Positions 37,937 through 45,827 of a stretch of 49,694 nucleotides of DNA are shown one piece after another. The position numbers and the translations under genes are program-made. Location: positions 1 through 49,694 of IMG/VR virus record IMGVR_UViG_3300028274_000012, one strand, 5' to 3'. Source of the stretch: a virus (taxonomy: Duplodnaviria > Caudoviricetes). The stretch's first letter is position 1; each line of letters starts with the position of its first letter. The notes under the pieces were generated by a model. The model was given only the letters and a program-made list of their open reading frames with translations, made no database searches and was not told the origin of the DNA.

Positions 37937-38138
37937 TTTCATCACAACCTGAACACTTGCAAGTATTAGCATCCATCTCCAACTTTTTATTAGGAGACTC
38001 CTCTTCGAAGCTAACAACCTTTAGCAAACCTCTTTTTGTCGAAGCATCAGTGTAAAGTAAAATATCCAAGTTGTCGGGATTCATCCACTTGGGACCTAAG
38101 TCATTTTCGTTAAATTCCAATTCTACTAAAATTTTCAT
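37905..38138 (-). CDS. cassette-like hypothetical protein
   Basis: AGGAGG SD overlaps the R' box of the attC-like site at 38145-38203. Confidence 0.65.
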   Translation of the reverse strand: MKILVELEFNENDLGPKWMNPDNLDILLYTDASTKRGLLKVVSFEEESPNKKLEMDANTCKCSGCDEIITNPWCGKC

Positions 38139-38298
38139 AAGTCCTCCTAATGCAAAGATAAGTAGTGAGCGAAGCGATACCTATCTTCATCTTTTTATTG
38201 GTGGCGTTATGCCGCTTTTCTGTTTTGTCTACAGTCACCGCAGCTTTTAACTCTGTTGCAAGTTTTAAAACTTTTTGTCTAAACGTCATAATAACCAC
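38110..38298 (-). CDS. hypothetical protein running through an attC-like site
   Basis: GAGGTGG SD suits an internal ATG at 38289; the 3' part overlaps the hairpin and the next gene. Confidence 0.4.
   Translation of the reverse strand: MVIMTFRQKVLKLATELKAAVTVDKTEKRHNATNKKMKIGIASLTTYLCIRRTYENFSRIGI
38145..38203 (-). mobile_element. 59-bp attC-like site, AAT/ATT type
   Basis: CACCAAT, AAAAA, GAT(G)AAG(A)TAG...GCTTCGC...CTACTTATC, TTTGC, ATTAGGA; two extrahelical bases on one arm. Confidence 0.65.
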
Positions 38299-38316
38299 CT
38301 CTTTAAATTATATATA

Positions 38317-38592
38317 TTAGTTAGTTGAATCTATATATATTTCTTCAACGGATTTCCCACATATCTTACAAACTACATATTCATCATCGGCAAGATGTGA
38401 TTTTATATGCTCAACAAACTTTTCAGCAGAATCTATTTTTATTTTAATCTGACTTGACTTCATAATCTCGGTACAAGTTGCAAAACAAATAGGATACAAC
38501 AACCGTTGAAACCAATTTCTTTCAACAATCACACGATCAGCAGTATCATTGTGCCAAACTATGAAGCGTTCTTTTTTAAAAGGATTAAGCAT
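38317..38592 (-). CDS. hypothetical protein (C-terminal CKICGK)
   Basis: AAAGGA SD; tight packing. Confidence 0.65.
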   Translation of the reverse strand: MLNPFKKERFIVWHNDTADRVIVERNWFQRLLYPICFATCTEIMKSSQIKIKIDSAEKFVEHIKSHLADDEYVVCKICGKSVEEIYIDSTN

Positions 38593-38594
38593 TT

Positions 38595-38918
38595 TTATTT
38601 TCCTTTCATCTTTTCGATAACCCTATGATCAGGGTGCCGATAGTTTTTTAAAAATTCTGGCATTTTGGTAAGTTTGCCATTTTTTGTAGCCTGAATCCTT
38701 GTTCCAATATCTGGTTGGTTTGGAAAGGTATCTTGATATTCTTCAAGCAAGGAAGCCATTTGGTTCTGCCAATCATCGGGCATCGAGTGCATCAAAACTC
38801 TTGGAATAACTAAAAAACTGGCATAACTTAATTCAAACCATCCCCACAGTCTTTCTTTTCCATCATTGGTGGTGCATTGATTTTGCTCGATGATTGATTT
38901 ATCGCTGAAAATTTTCAT
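38595..38918 (-). CDS. hypothetical protein
   Basis: WGWFELSYASFLV.PRVLM..MP..WQ pattern; ATG 38918 is preferred to TTG 38939. Confidence 0.65.
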   Translation of the reverse strand: MKIFSDKSIIEQNQCTTNDGKERLWGWFELSYASFLVIPRVLMHSMPDDWQNQMASLLEEYQDTFPNQPDIGTRIQATKNGKLTKMPEFLKNYRHPDHRVIEKMKGK

Positions 38919-38986
38919 TTCCTTTTCCTTGAAGTTCAATTTAATACATCACATTGTTATATTATTTGGTTGAATGGGGAGTGAAC

Positions 38987-39019
38987 TCACCTTCCTCTGT
39001 GTTCGGTCACAGCAGTCAT
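38987..39019 (-). CDS. 10-aa micro-ORF MTAVTEHRGR (element copy B)
   Basis: GGAGAAGGA upstream; same RGR-TGA end as copy A. Confidence 0.35.
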   Translation of the reverse strand: MTAVTEHRGR

Positions 39020-39114
39020 CCGTTCGTATCCTTCTCCCCACACAAAAGTGTAAGTATTACTACTTACTTAGTAACCCTTCTGGGTGCGCCGAAGCGTGAA
39101 GGGTGTTGTTAAGC

Positions 39115-39642
39115 TTAATAAAGCAAGCTCTTTCTAATTCCACCAAGTTTAACTTTGGAATTAAACTTACCTTTGTACTCCTCAATAGCCACATCTACAT
39201 CAACTTCAATTCCAATCCAGATTCCCTCTTCTAATGCCTGAAGAATAACAGATGGAGTTGACATATCTATGTCGAGGATTTTACTGAACTCAGAAAGAGC
39301 ATTAATTTTCCACTGGCGTTTTGTGGACTTTCCTGAAGGGGTCATCAGATCTTCATCGCCGGGCCTGGGCAGAGAATTAACATACATTACATAAGCCCCG
39401 TCGATAGGTGTTTCATCATCGGATAATACTCCCCCGTTGTCGTGCAAGCAGATACTCCAGATAATGCTACAGGTTGCGGGGACAAATGATACCTTTGTAA
39501 CCACTCCGTGATAAGTACCATTTGGAACCAGCGGGTCAGCTTTATACTCGTCTTCTACGTTAAAGTTTAATCCACCGAGTGCACCTTCTTCTTCTGGATA
39601 ATTGTCTTCTACTTCTACTTTTGCTGTACTTCCTTTAGCCAT
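39115..39642 (-). CDS. putative single-stranded DNA-binding protein (DUF669-like)
   Basis: PLVP.GTY...V.KV...EEYKG...SKV OB-fold-like pattern; adjacent to the Sak4-like gene. Confidence 0.6.
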   Translation of the reverse strand: MAKGSTAKVEVEDNYPEEEGALGGLNFNVEDEYKADPLVPNGTYHGVVTKVSFVPATCSIIWSICLHDNGGVLSDDETPIDGAYVMYVNSLPRPGDEDLMTPSGKSTKRQWKINALSEFSKILDIDMSTPSVILQALEEGIWIGIEVDVDVAIEEYKGKFNSKVKLGGIRKSLLY

Positions 39643-39726
39643 TTTAAATCTCCTACGTTTTGTTAGTTTTTTGGTTTTCGTGATAGTCTTGTTTGGTTAG
39701 TTCATTAGTTTTTTACTGTGCCTATA

Positions 39727-40479
39727 TCACCTCCTTTGTGGTACTGGTTTAGCTTTCGGTTTTACTTTATCTCCAGTGAGATATGACATAACTTCAGTAT
39801 AATCATTTTCAATAATATCAGGTAATAGGCGTTCTTTTCCTGAAGCCCGGCTTCTTCCATGATTTCTACCTATTGGGATAGTTTGAATAAAGAATTTGGT
39901 ATCATTATTTACCTTTCTGGAAAAATGATAGTAAACTTCATCAAAGTACGCAGGGACATCTCCAGACAGCTTTCCAGTCAAGCTAGGTTCTACACCAATC
40001 ACCGCTCCTGCGTCATCATGGATAGTGTCAAGATGAGCTATAAATACCAAGTTGCAGTTGAGATTCAGCATTTGACGAAGCTTACCTTCCATGAGATTCT
40101 TAACCATAGAATAGTGCACTTGCCACAAGGGGCCGTTGGTAGCAGAGCGTTTTGGGTCAAGTTGCAAAGCTTTTTCCATACAAAGATCTGTCATTGAGCT
40201 AAGGTTATCAATTATTACAGTTTTGTATTCTTCGGCTAGGATAGCTTTTTTAACTTGGACAAAATCTTGCTCGAATTTACCCCAGCCGCGGGCAGTAAGC
40301 TCATATTGTTCATAGTTGAAATCTTTTCCCCTGTACGAAAGAATCTCTTTTCCAAAGTCAAAGATAAAGCCGGGGGTTGGAAAAGACGAAGCGAATACTG
40401 ATTTCCCTGTACCGGACTCTCCAACTGACATAATCTTTAACCATTCTGTGTTTATTGTAACGTCTTTAGCGTTTGGCAT
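39727..40479 (-). CDS. Sak4-like AAA_24 ATPase (ssDNA annealing)
   Basis: GESGTGKS, TVIIDNLS, LVFIAH, P.LTGKL....PAYFDEV. Confidence 0.82.
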   Translation of the reverse strand: MPNAKDVTINTEWLKIMSVGESGTGKSVFASSFPTPGFIFDFGKEILSYRGKDFNYEQYELTARGWGKFEQDFVQVKKAILAEEYKTVIIDNLSSMTDLCMEKALQLDPKRSATNGPLWQVHYSMVKNLMEGKLRQMLNLNCNLVFIAHLDTIHDDAGAVIGVEPSLTGKLSGDVPAYFDEVYYHFSRKVNNDTKFFIQTIPIGRNHGRSRASGKERLLPDIIENDYTEVMSYLTGDKVKPKAKPVPQRR

Positions 40480-40484
40480 TTTCT

Positions 40485-40772
40485 TTATTCCTCCGAACTA
40501 ACACAAAAAGTTTTTATTTTTTTGCATTTTTCTTTAAATTGTTTTCTTCGATAACTTGCTTTTAGTTTAAGTTCCTCAAGTTTTTCAACTATTTGTATAG
40601 CCTGATCAACCTGGATATGACTATAATGTTCAGGATCACAAGAAATATTATGTAAACAATTTCTGTGGAAATATTTTCTAAGACCTCCATAAATACCATA
40701 GCCATCAACATTACTTAAATTTGTATCTTTTTCATTACAAAGAACACATTTTTTAGTAAATGTAATAAACAT
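40485..40772 (-). CDS. hypothetical protein (CxxC...HxxC)
   Basis: AAGGAGG SD. Confidence 0.65.
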   Translation of the reverse strand: MFITFTKKCVLCNEKDTNLSNVDGYGIYGGLRKYFHRNCLHNISCDPEHYSHIQVDQAIQIVEKLEELKLKASYRRKQFKEKCKKIKTFCVSSEE

Positions 40773-40876
40773 TTTATTCCTCCTTAATTAGGTTAATATT
40801 ATAACTAAAATAGTTTCGACTGTAAAGCAAATAGTAAATGTGGTGTATAAGATTGTTTCCATTTTAAACTCTCCAT

Positions 40877-40895
40877 GGTCAAATTTTGACGTTTC
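40877..40895 (-). repeat. polar palindrome copy 6 (just 3' of the tRNA-like RNA)
   Basis: Minus strand reads GAAACGTCAAAATTTGACC. Confidence 0.8.
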
Positions 40896-40899
40896 TGTT

Positions 40900-40976
40900 T
40901 GGTTGCGGCGACCAGGAATCGAACCTGGCATTTGCGCTGGAACCATCCATAGCATCTCGCGAAGATAATCGCCGCA
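40900..40976 (-). ncRNA. tRNA-like RNA without a canonical anticodon loop
   Basis: 8-bp acceptor TGCGGCGA/TCGCCGCA plus A-CCA; T arm CCAGG-TTCGATT-CCTGG; short D arm ATCT/AGAT; bulged third arm with a 4-nt loop. Confidence 0.75.
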
Positions 40977-40982
40977 TATTTC

Positions 40983-41924
40983 TTATTCATCCAAGACATT
41001 CCAATGATTCACATGAAAGCCTTCAAAATTCAACTCCTCGTATGGTTTATGCTGTTGACAAAGATTAAGATAAGAACACGCACCGTATTGGTGGCAGTTA
41101 TCGAACGACTCCGGCCAGATGTTTTCTTTCAGCGACTGATAAATATCTCGTGCTGTACAGATAAATGAGAGTTTCCAAGCAGCAATATCCCCGGCAGTAT
41201 AAATCTGCGGGATTCTCCGAAAGTCAAATCTAACCTTTCCATAATTTCCAGTTACCCTGGATTTAGTTGAACCAAGGTAGCCGAATGAACAAAGACAGCC
41301 TTGGGGTTCAAAGTCTAGGATTTTCTTACCTGCATAGGAATAACCAATAAGCTGCGGGGAGCGGTTGGCTTTTGCAATGACCTGATCCAGTCTCCACCCG
41401 GTAGTTTTAAAATCCAGCAACCACTTTACATTGTCCATCTTAACACACTGGTCAATTTTACCAGTAAAGATAACCGGAGGCAGTTTATGAAGAAGCTTTT
41501 CCTCGGTGGGATTTTCAGGTTCAATCGGACACTCAAATTTCTTTTCAGTATGTATGATTTCCAGGTATTGTTTATCTTCTATAAAGTAATCTACATACGC
41601 ATTAAGCATATCTACAGCAGTATTGAAATTCTTATAGTCATCATAGAACTCTTTCTCTGCAGATTCTTTTATATAAGATTCATTACCCATAGTTAGACCA
41701 ACGCTGATTGCTGACATTTGATCAGTAGGATTGGTGGGCCAGCCGTTTTCCTTAACCCAATTATGATAACCTTCTTGAATTGCATGCCAACAGGAGCCGT
41801 AACGTAAAGCTGTGGAACCGAAGTTAGATTGCCAACCTTCGATAATTTGTAAGAAGTATTTCTTTTTACACTGACAGTAAGTTGATCTACCGGAGTTGTC
41901 CAAATACAATATTTCTTTTTCCAT
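40983..41924 (-). CDS. PD-(D/E)XK exonuclease, Cas4/RecB-like with Fe-S-type cysteines
   Basis: N-terminal Cys; G..WH, E..F, GKID, DFKTT, QL..Y; C-terminal C..Y..C.Y..LC. Confidence 0.85.
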   Translation of the reverse strand: MEKEILYLDNSGRSTYCQCKKKYFLQIIEGWQSNFGSTALRYGSCWHAIQEGYHNWVKENGWPTNPTDQMSAISVGLTMGNESYIKESAEKEFYDDYKNFNTAVDMLNAYVDYFIEDKQYLEIIHTEKKFECPIEPENPTEEKLLHKLPPVIFTGKIDQCVKMDNVKWLLDFKTTGWRLDQVIAKANRSPQLIGYSYAGKKILDFEPQGCLCSFGYLGSTKSRVTGNYGKVRFDFRRIPQIYTAGDIAAWKLSFICTARDIYQSLKENIWPESFDNCHQYGACSYLNLCQQHKPYEELNFEGFHVNHWNVLDE

Positions 41925-42040
41925 TTTAGTTCTTCCTTTTTTGTTAAAAGGTTGTGTAGGGAGAATTTGGTTAGAAACTCTCCCTACGGGGTTTCGGAGT
42001 TAATAAGGTAGCGGAAAACTAACTCCGTGGGTTGCTTGGT

Positions 42041-42451
42041 TTAGGCTACAATACCAAGTTTTTTCAGAAGCTGAGCTGCCAATTCTTTCTCCTTACCATC
42101 AGGCATATCAGCAAATTTTCCAAGAATGGATTTCTTTGAAATCTTCTCAGCTGCGGGGGCACGAACAGACCAGTTACCTTCTGACAGACCAGTCCAGACT
42201 TTGTTCATGGCCGCAATTGCTTCTGCTCCCTTTTTACCGGCTGCAGAATCCCCGATTTTCTGGCTTAAACCAAAGGGGCCTAAGAGGGCCTGGATGCCGT
42301 CTGGCAAAGTTGCAAAATCCAGGGAAAGAACTTCTCCTGTTTGACCTTCAGTGATTGTCAGAACAGTTCCATCAATTACCTTTTTGAGCCTTTTCTTTTT
42401 TGCTTTTGGAGCTGGTGTTTCTGCTGTTGTCTGTGGTTCATTCTTCGCCAT
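42041..42451 (-). CDS. hypothetical protein
   Basis: AGGAGG SD. Confidence 0.75.
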   Translation of the reverse strand: MAKNEPQTTAETPAPKAKKKRLKKVIDGTVLTITEGQTGEVLSLDFATLPDGIQALLGPFGLSQKIGDSAAGKKGAEAIAAMNKVWTGLSEGNWSVRAPAAEKISKKSILGKFADMPDGKEKELAAQLLKKLGIVA

Positions 42452-42452
42452 G

Positions 42453-42653
42453 TTATTTTCCTCCTGAGTTTAATTGTGATGAAGAGATATTCTTCACCTT
42501 TGGTGCTTCTTTTCTTATAAGGTTGTTCTCTATATAAGCTTTTAGAATATTAGAAATATGTTCTCTTACTGGTATTTGCAGTTTAACAGCCTCCATTTTT
42601 AGTCTTGTGTAGAGAGTTTTGTTTAAATATGAGTTGAAGTATGAAATTGACAT
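42453..42653 (-). CDS. ribbon-helix-helix-like DNA-binding protein
   Basis: SYFNSYL strand, LYTRLK.EA..L helix, VREHI..IL..YI helix. First gene after a promoter; ATG 42653. Confidence 0.55.
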   Translation of the reverse strand: MSISYFNSYLNKTLYTRLKMEAVKLQIPVREHISNILKAYIENNLIRKEAPKVKNISSSQLNSGGK

Positions 42654-42693
42654 CTGGGTTCCTGTGTTATGTTTGTGTTTTATTATTACAATG

Positions 42694-42722
42694 ATAATAT
42701 CACATTTTTGCCAGGAAGTCAA
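42694..42722 (-). promoter_or_regulatory. sigma70-type promoter
   Basis: TTGACT-17 bp-TATTAT with TGn extension. Confidence 0.7.
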
Positions 42723-42745
42723 GAAAAATATTCTAGTTTTAAAAA

Positions 42746-43153
42746 TTATTTCCCAGGAAAATACTCATTTTCTTCACTTTCAGTCAAACCATTCAAAGCC
42801 TCTTCAATTTCCTTTCTGGACTTTTTATCCTTCACCATAAGCATTAATTGTCTTTCTCTATCGGGATCAATAGTAAGTTTAGACAATTCTCCGTTGGTGG
42901 ACTTAAAAAAGGCTGTAAACGGGGCTCTGTATTTTCGCTCCAAAACCACATACTGCTTCATGTTTTTAAGTACTTTGTTTATAAACAGTTGTGAAGCGTG
43001 TACAGGTTTAAGATTTGAAAATAATTCTCTTTCTTTTTCCAGTGCAGTTGCTATATCATTCTGCTCAGATTTATTTGCTACCCGGATAAATATAGCTTCG
43101 TTTACTTCGAGTTTTCTAGCTTGGTTAAACCAGACTTTTGCTATTTCTGACAT
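42746..43153 (-). CDS. hypothetical protein (paralog of 48640-49107)
   Basis: AAGGAG SD before ATG 43153. Confidence 0.7.
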   Translation of the reverse strand: MSEIAKVWFNQARKLEVNEAIFIRVANKSEQNDIATALEKERELFSNLKPVHASQLFINKVLKNMKQYVVLERKYRAPFTAFFKSTNGELSKLTIDPDRERQLMLMVKDKKSRKEIEEALNGLTESEENEYFPGK

Positions 43154-43166
43154 TTGGAAGTCTCCT

Positions 43167-43370
43167 TTAAAATATTTTAGTATACCCCGGGAGTTTGACT
43201 TTAACCTCAGCATACCCCGCAAGCACCTTTTTTCTAATCCATTGAACTTCTTTTTCTCCGCATTTAAACCAGGTTCCGATGGAATACGCCTGAGTTGACG
43301 GGGCGTAGGATAAAAATCTATCTTCTTCTGGTTTGTATTGGAAATAGTTTGAGTGTATTTTTAGTAGCAT
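43167..43370 (-). CDS. hypothetical protein
   Basis: AAGGAG SD. Confidence 0.6.
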   Translation of the reverse strand: MLLKIHSNYFQYKPEEDRFLSYAPSTQAYSIGTWFKCGEKEVQWIRKKVLAGYAEVKVKLPGYTKIF

Positions 43371-43371
43371 T

Positions 43372-43629
43372 TTAGACTCCTTCTTTTATTAGATAATAAT
43401 AATGATCTACAAGTGATTCCCAGGATTTAAATTCATACCGAGAGCAGTCTGCGGTTTTAACTCCTGGTACAAGGGTAAGATAAAATTTTGCTTCTATTTC
43501 AGTTTCGTGACTATGTTGCCAGATACTGATTTCTATATTAACAGATACGTTGAGTTTTTTACTCAGATTTTGCACCATTGTTGGTATCTGGTGATATAGT
43601 GGTACTTTACTTCTACCTATTGTTTTCAT
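43372..43629 (-). CDS. hypothetical protein
   Basis: Operon packing with ATGA overlap. Confidence 0.6.
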   Translation of the reverse strand: MKTIGRSKVPLYHQIPTMVQNLSKKLNVSVNIEISIWQHSHETEIEAKFYLTLVPGVKTADCSRYEFKSWESLVDHYYYLIKEGV

Positions 43630-43799
43630 CTTTCTCTTCCCCCGTTAGCTAACCACCACCAGTTTTTTAGTCTTCCCCACCCTGACCAATCTTTAAGCGC
43701 TAAAGCTGCTATACCGCTGAAAGTAAATATAATCACTACCCATACAGCAACTCCGGTAGCTTGTATAACAATTCTAATTGCCTCAAATAAGGTTTCCAT
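43626..43799 (-). CDS. 57-aa membrane protein (absent from the ORF track)
   Basis: GAGGAG SD; METLFEAIRIVIQATGVAVWVVIIFTFSGIAALALKDW...; ATGA overlap with the next gene. Confidence 0.6.
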   Translation of the reverse strand: METLFEAIRIVIQATGVAVWVVIIFTFSGIAALALKDWSGWGRLKNWWWLANGGRER

Positions 43800-43812
43800 T
43801 TTCTTCTCCTCT

Positions 43813-44697
43813 TTAAAGTTCTTTATAAAATCTGCGGAATATAGGCTGCCGCGGGGCAGCTATTGAGCCGTATTGTTGATACTTAAAAGTTACAATTTTT
43901 CCAAGGAACTCTTCTTGGTTATTCCAGATGTCTAGCTTTTCCGAGTCGTTAAGTTTACCAGTACAGTTAAACGGTTTGTTCCAGAATGGGCACTGCAAGA
44001 TAAAACTCCCCAGCGTGCCGGCACCTACCTTTAAATCTTTATTCGAGGCTCTTTTCATAAGCCCCATTTCATCCTCAACCTGTGGATTAAAGTTAATCAT
44101 TTTCTCGTTGAAGCCTATAATCACAGCTTCTGCATCGGTAAGAGGTTTTCGTTTGAAAATATTCATCTCTTTGAATGTGGCTCTACCGGCTTTGTAGGTA
44201 GATTTTAAGGATCGAATCATAGCCCCTTCGTAGTTATCAGCTACGCATTGGTTAGTGTATTCGATTACCTCTTCTTTGTCATATAGTGGAGTTTGAGGAA
44301 GAATTACAACTCTTGGTAAAAGGTAGTCTTTTTTATCGGCTAAAAGCCACCGCTGTGCGTAAGGCTGATTCGGGTTTAGAAAGTTATCAAAGGTATAGAA
44401 GGTGAAATCCGGCTGACCGTATTTTCTACGCAAAGGCCCCGTGGACTTATTAAAGGCATCCTTGTCATTTGGTTCTCCAAGTACCAATTCACCGTCTAAG
44501 CCGTTTAACTTTGGATCTGATAGAGTTTCAAATACATACGGGTTAGGTTGAGGTTTCATAGAGCTGGTTCGCGGGGTTCCATCTATTAAACAACGGAAGC
44601 CGTCTATTTTTGGTGAGCCTAATACTGGATAAGGTAATAAATACAATTGACTATCTTCAATACTAAGTGTTGGTGCTTTTAAACAGCGTTTTAACAT
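43813..44697 (-). CDS. lig: ATP-dependent DNA ligase
   Basis: KIDGFR adenylation motif, LDGEL, FD, EGAMIR, KRK, and OB-fold G..GSF...KYQ......R.P.F. Confidence 0.92.
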   Translation of the reverse strand: MLKRCLKAPTLSIEDSQLYLLPYPVLGSPKIDGFRCLIDGTPRTSSMKPQPNPYVFETLSDPKLNGLDGELVLGEPNDKDAFNKSTGPLRRKYGQPDFTFYTFDNFLNPNQPYAQRWLLADKKDYLLPRVVILPQTPLYDKEEVIEYTNQCVADNYEGAMIRSLKSTYKAGRATFKEMNIFKRKPLTDAEAVIIGFNEKMINFNPQVEDEMGLMKRASNKDLKVGAGTLGSFILQCPFWNKPFNCTGKLNDSEKLDIWNNQEEFLGKIVTFKYQQYGSIAAPRQPIFRRFYKEL

Positions 44698-44807
44698 AAT
44701 ATTTCCTTTTCTTTATCTAAAATTTTAGTTGCGTTAATAAATAACTGCTCATATTCTTCTGGGTCAACCAGTGCTACTTGTCCCTGAGTCAATTCTATCT
44801 CTTTCAT
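44691..44807 (-). pseudogene. 38-aa remnant of an HNH-AP2 endonuclease N-terminus
   Basis: MKEIELTQGQVALVDPEEYEQL aligns with MKEIKLTQGKIAKVDDKNYEKL at 5437; AGGAG SD; no HNH motif follows. Confidence 0.7.
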
Positions 44808-44940
44808 TTTCTCTCCTACATTTTTCCATTACTGCAAAACGTATAAATTCTTGCATTTCCATTCCAAGTTCTGCTATTGTTTTCTTTACTTCTTTAAACT
44901 GTTCTGAATTTAAAGTACTATGTATATGCCTTGTAGTCAT
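44764..44940 (-). CDS. 58-aa ribbon-helix-helix-like regulator (absent from the ORF track)
   Basis: AGGAG SD; RHIHSTL strand, EQFKEVKK.IAELG helix, MQEFIRFAV helix. Confidence 0.6.
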   Translation of the reverse strand: MTTRHIHSTLNSEQFKEVKKTIAELGMEMQEFIRFAVMEKCRRENERDRIDSGTSSTG

Positions 44941-44967
44941 TATATTCTCCTATTTGGTTATATGATT

Positions 44968-44996
44968 ATAATACCATATGATTATACAGATAGCAA
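44968..44996 (-). promoter_or_regulatory. sigma70-type promoter overlapped by 11-bp direct repeats
   Basis: TTGCTA-17 bp-TATTAT; ATATGATTATA at 44960-44970 and 44976-44986. Confidence 0.6.
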
Positions 44997-45034
44997 GTTA
45001 TTTATGGTATCTAACAAAAATAAATTATAGTTGT

Positions 45035-45619
45035 TTAATTCTCCTTTTTTACTATGGTGAAACCTCGATCAAAATAGTTCATATTTAATTCTTCAAGTGT
45101 TTTTACAGGTGAAACAGTATGTAAAAACTCGCCTGTTTCTGTATTAACAAGATTAAAATCTGTAGTAACAATATAAGTATAATCTCTTTTCACTCTCATC
45201 CCAGGGTACAATAAAGTTTCTTTTTTATTCTTAACTATCGCTCCGGGGAAATGTCGCTCCATCCAGTCAAGATTATTTAAAAGTGTAGGGAAGGATGAAA
45301 GGTTTGCTTCAGTTGTCCATGTAGGGTTTTCTAATTCAGCTGCTGTACCATATTTATGCCTTTTAACCTCTTGTGTTAGCTTTAAAAACTCGTTTACGCT
45401 GGGATTTTCAGCTGCAATGTCATAAAGACTAAATGGTTTTACAACTCTATACTTTTCGAGTTCTTTGGGTTTTTCAGGTTCTCTTTCTACCTTTTCTATT
45501 CTATTTTGGCAATTAATAAACTGTTCAGTATACCTATCAAAACTTGTAGTACAGTGATTTAGTTTACTACTATCATAATGCTCGCAGTTTATATTACAGC
45601 ACTTTCTTATTTCAGTCAT
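45035..45619 (-). CDS. hypothetical protein, Cys-rich N-terminus
   Basis: AAGGAG SD; 194-aa ORF. Confidence 0.7.
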   Translation of the reverse strand: MTEIRKCCNINCEHYDSSKLNHCTTSFDRYTEQFINCQNRIEKVEREPEKPKELEKYRVVKPFSLYDIAAENPSVNEFLKLTQEVKRHKYGTAAELENPTWTTEANLSSFPTLLNNLDWMERHFPGAIVKNKKETLLYPGMRVKRDYTYIVTTDFNLVNTETGEFLHTVSPVKTLEELNMNYFDRGFTIVKKEN

Positions 45620-45827
45620 TTTTCTTCTCCTTCACTTTTAAAATCTTATAATTGTTAGAACCATAATTAACTTTATTTCGCACTGAAACCAAGCTTACAA
45701 AAAGCTTTCTGCTTAGCTGTGACATAGCGTTTTGAAGGGCATTTTGCTTAGTTCGAGTTGAGGTATAAAAACTATGGTTCTCTCCGTACCAGTTAATTGT
45801 AACTTTATACTTGGATTTTTCAACCAT
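45612..45827 (-). CDS. hypothetical protein
   Basis: AAGGAG SD before ATG 45827. Confidence 0.6.
   Translation of the reverse strand: MVEKSKYKVTINWYGENHSFYTSTRTKQNALQNAMSQLSRKLFVSLVSVRNKVNYGSNNYKILKVKEKKND

Noticed and set aside
38975-39040. Hammerhead ribozyme (CGGATGA...GAAG on the - strand)
   Set aside because: The core deviates from CUGANGA/GAAA, there is no stem III, and copy A lacks the motif.
40900-40930. attP derived from a tRNA 3' end
   Set aside because: No integrase in the window, and the 5' acceptor strand is present and fully paired.
40983-41924. CRISPR-Cas system suggested by the Cas4-like nuclease
   Set aside because: No repeat-spacer array or other cas genes; solo Cas4-like exonucleases are common in phage recombination modules.
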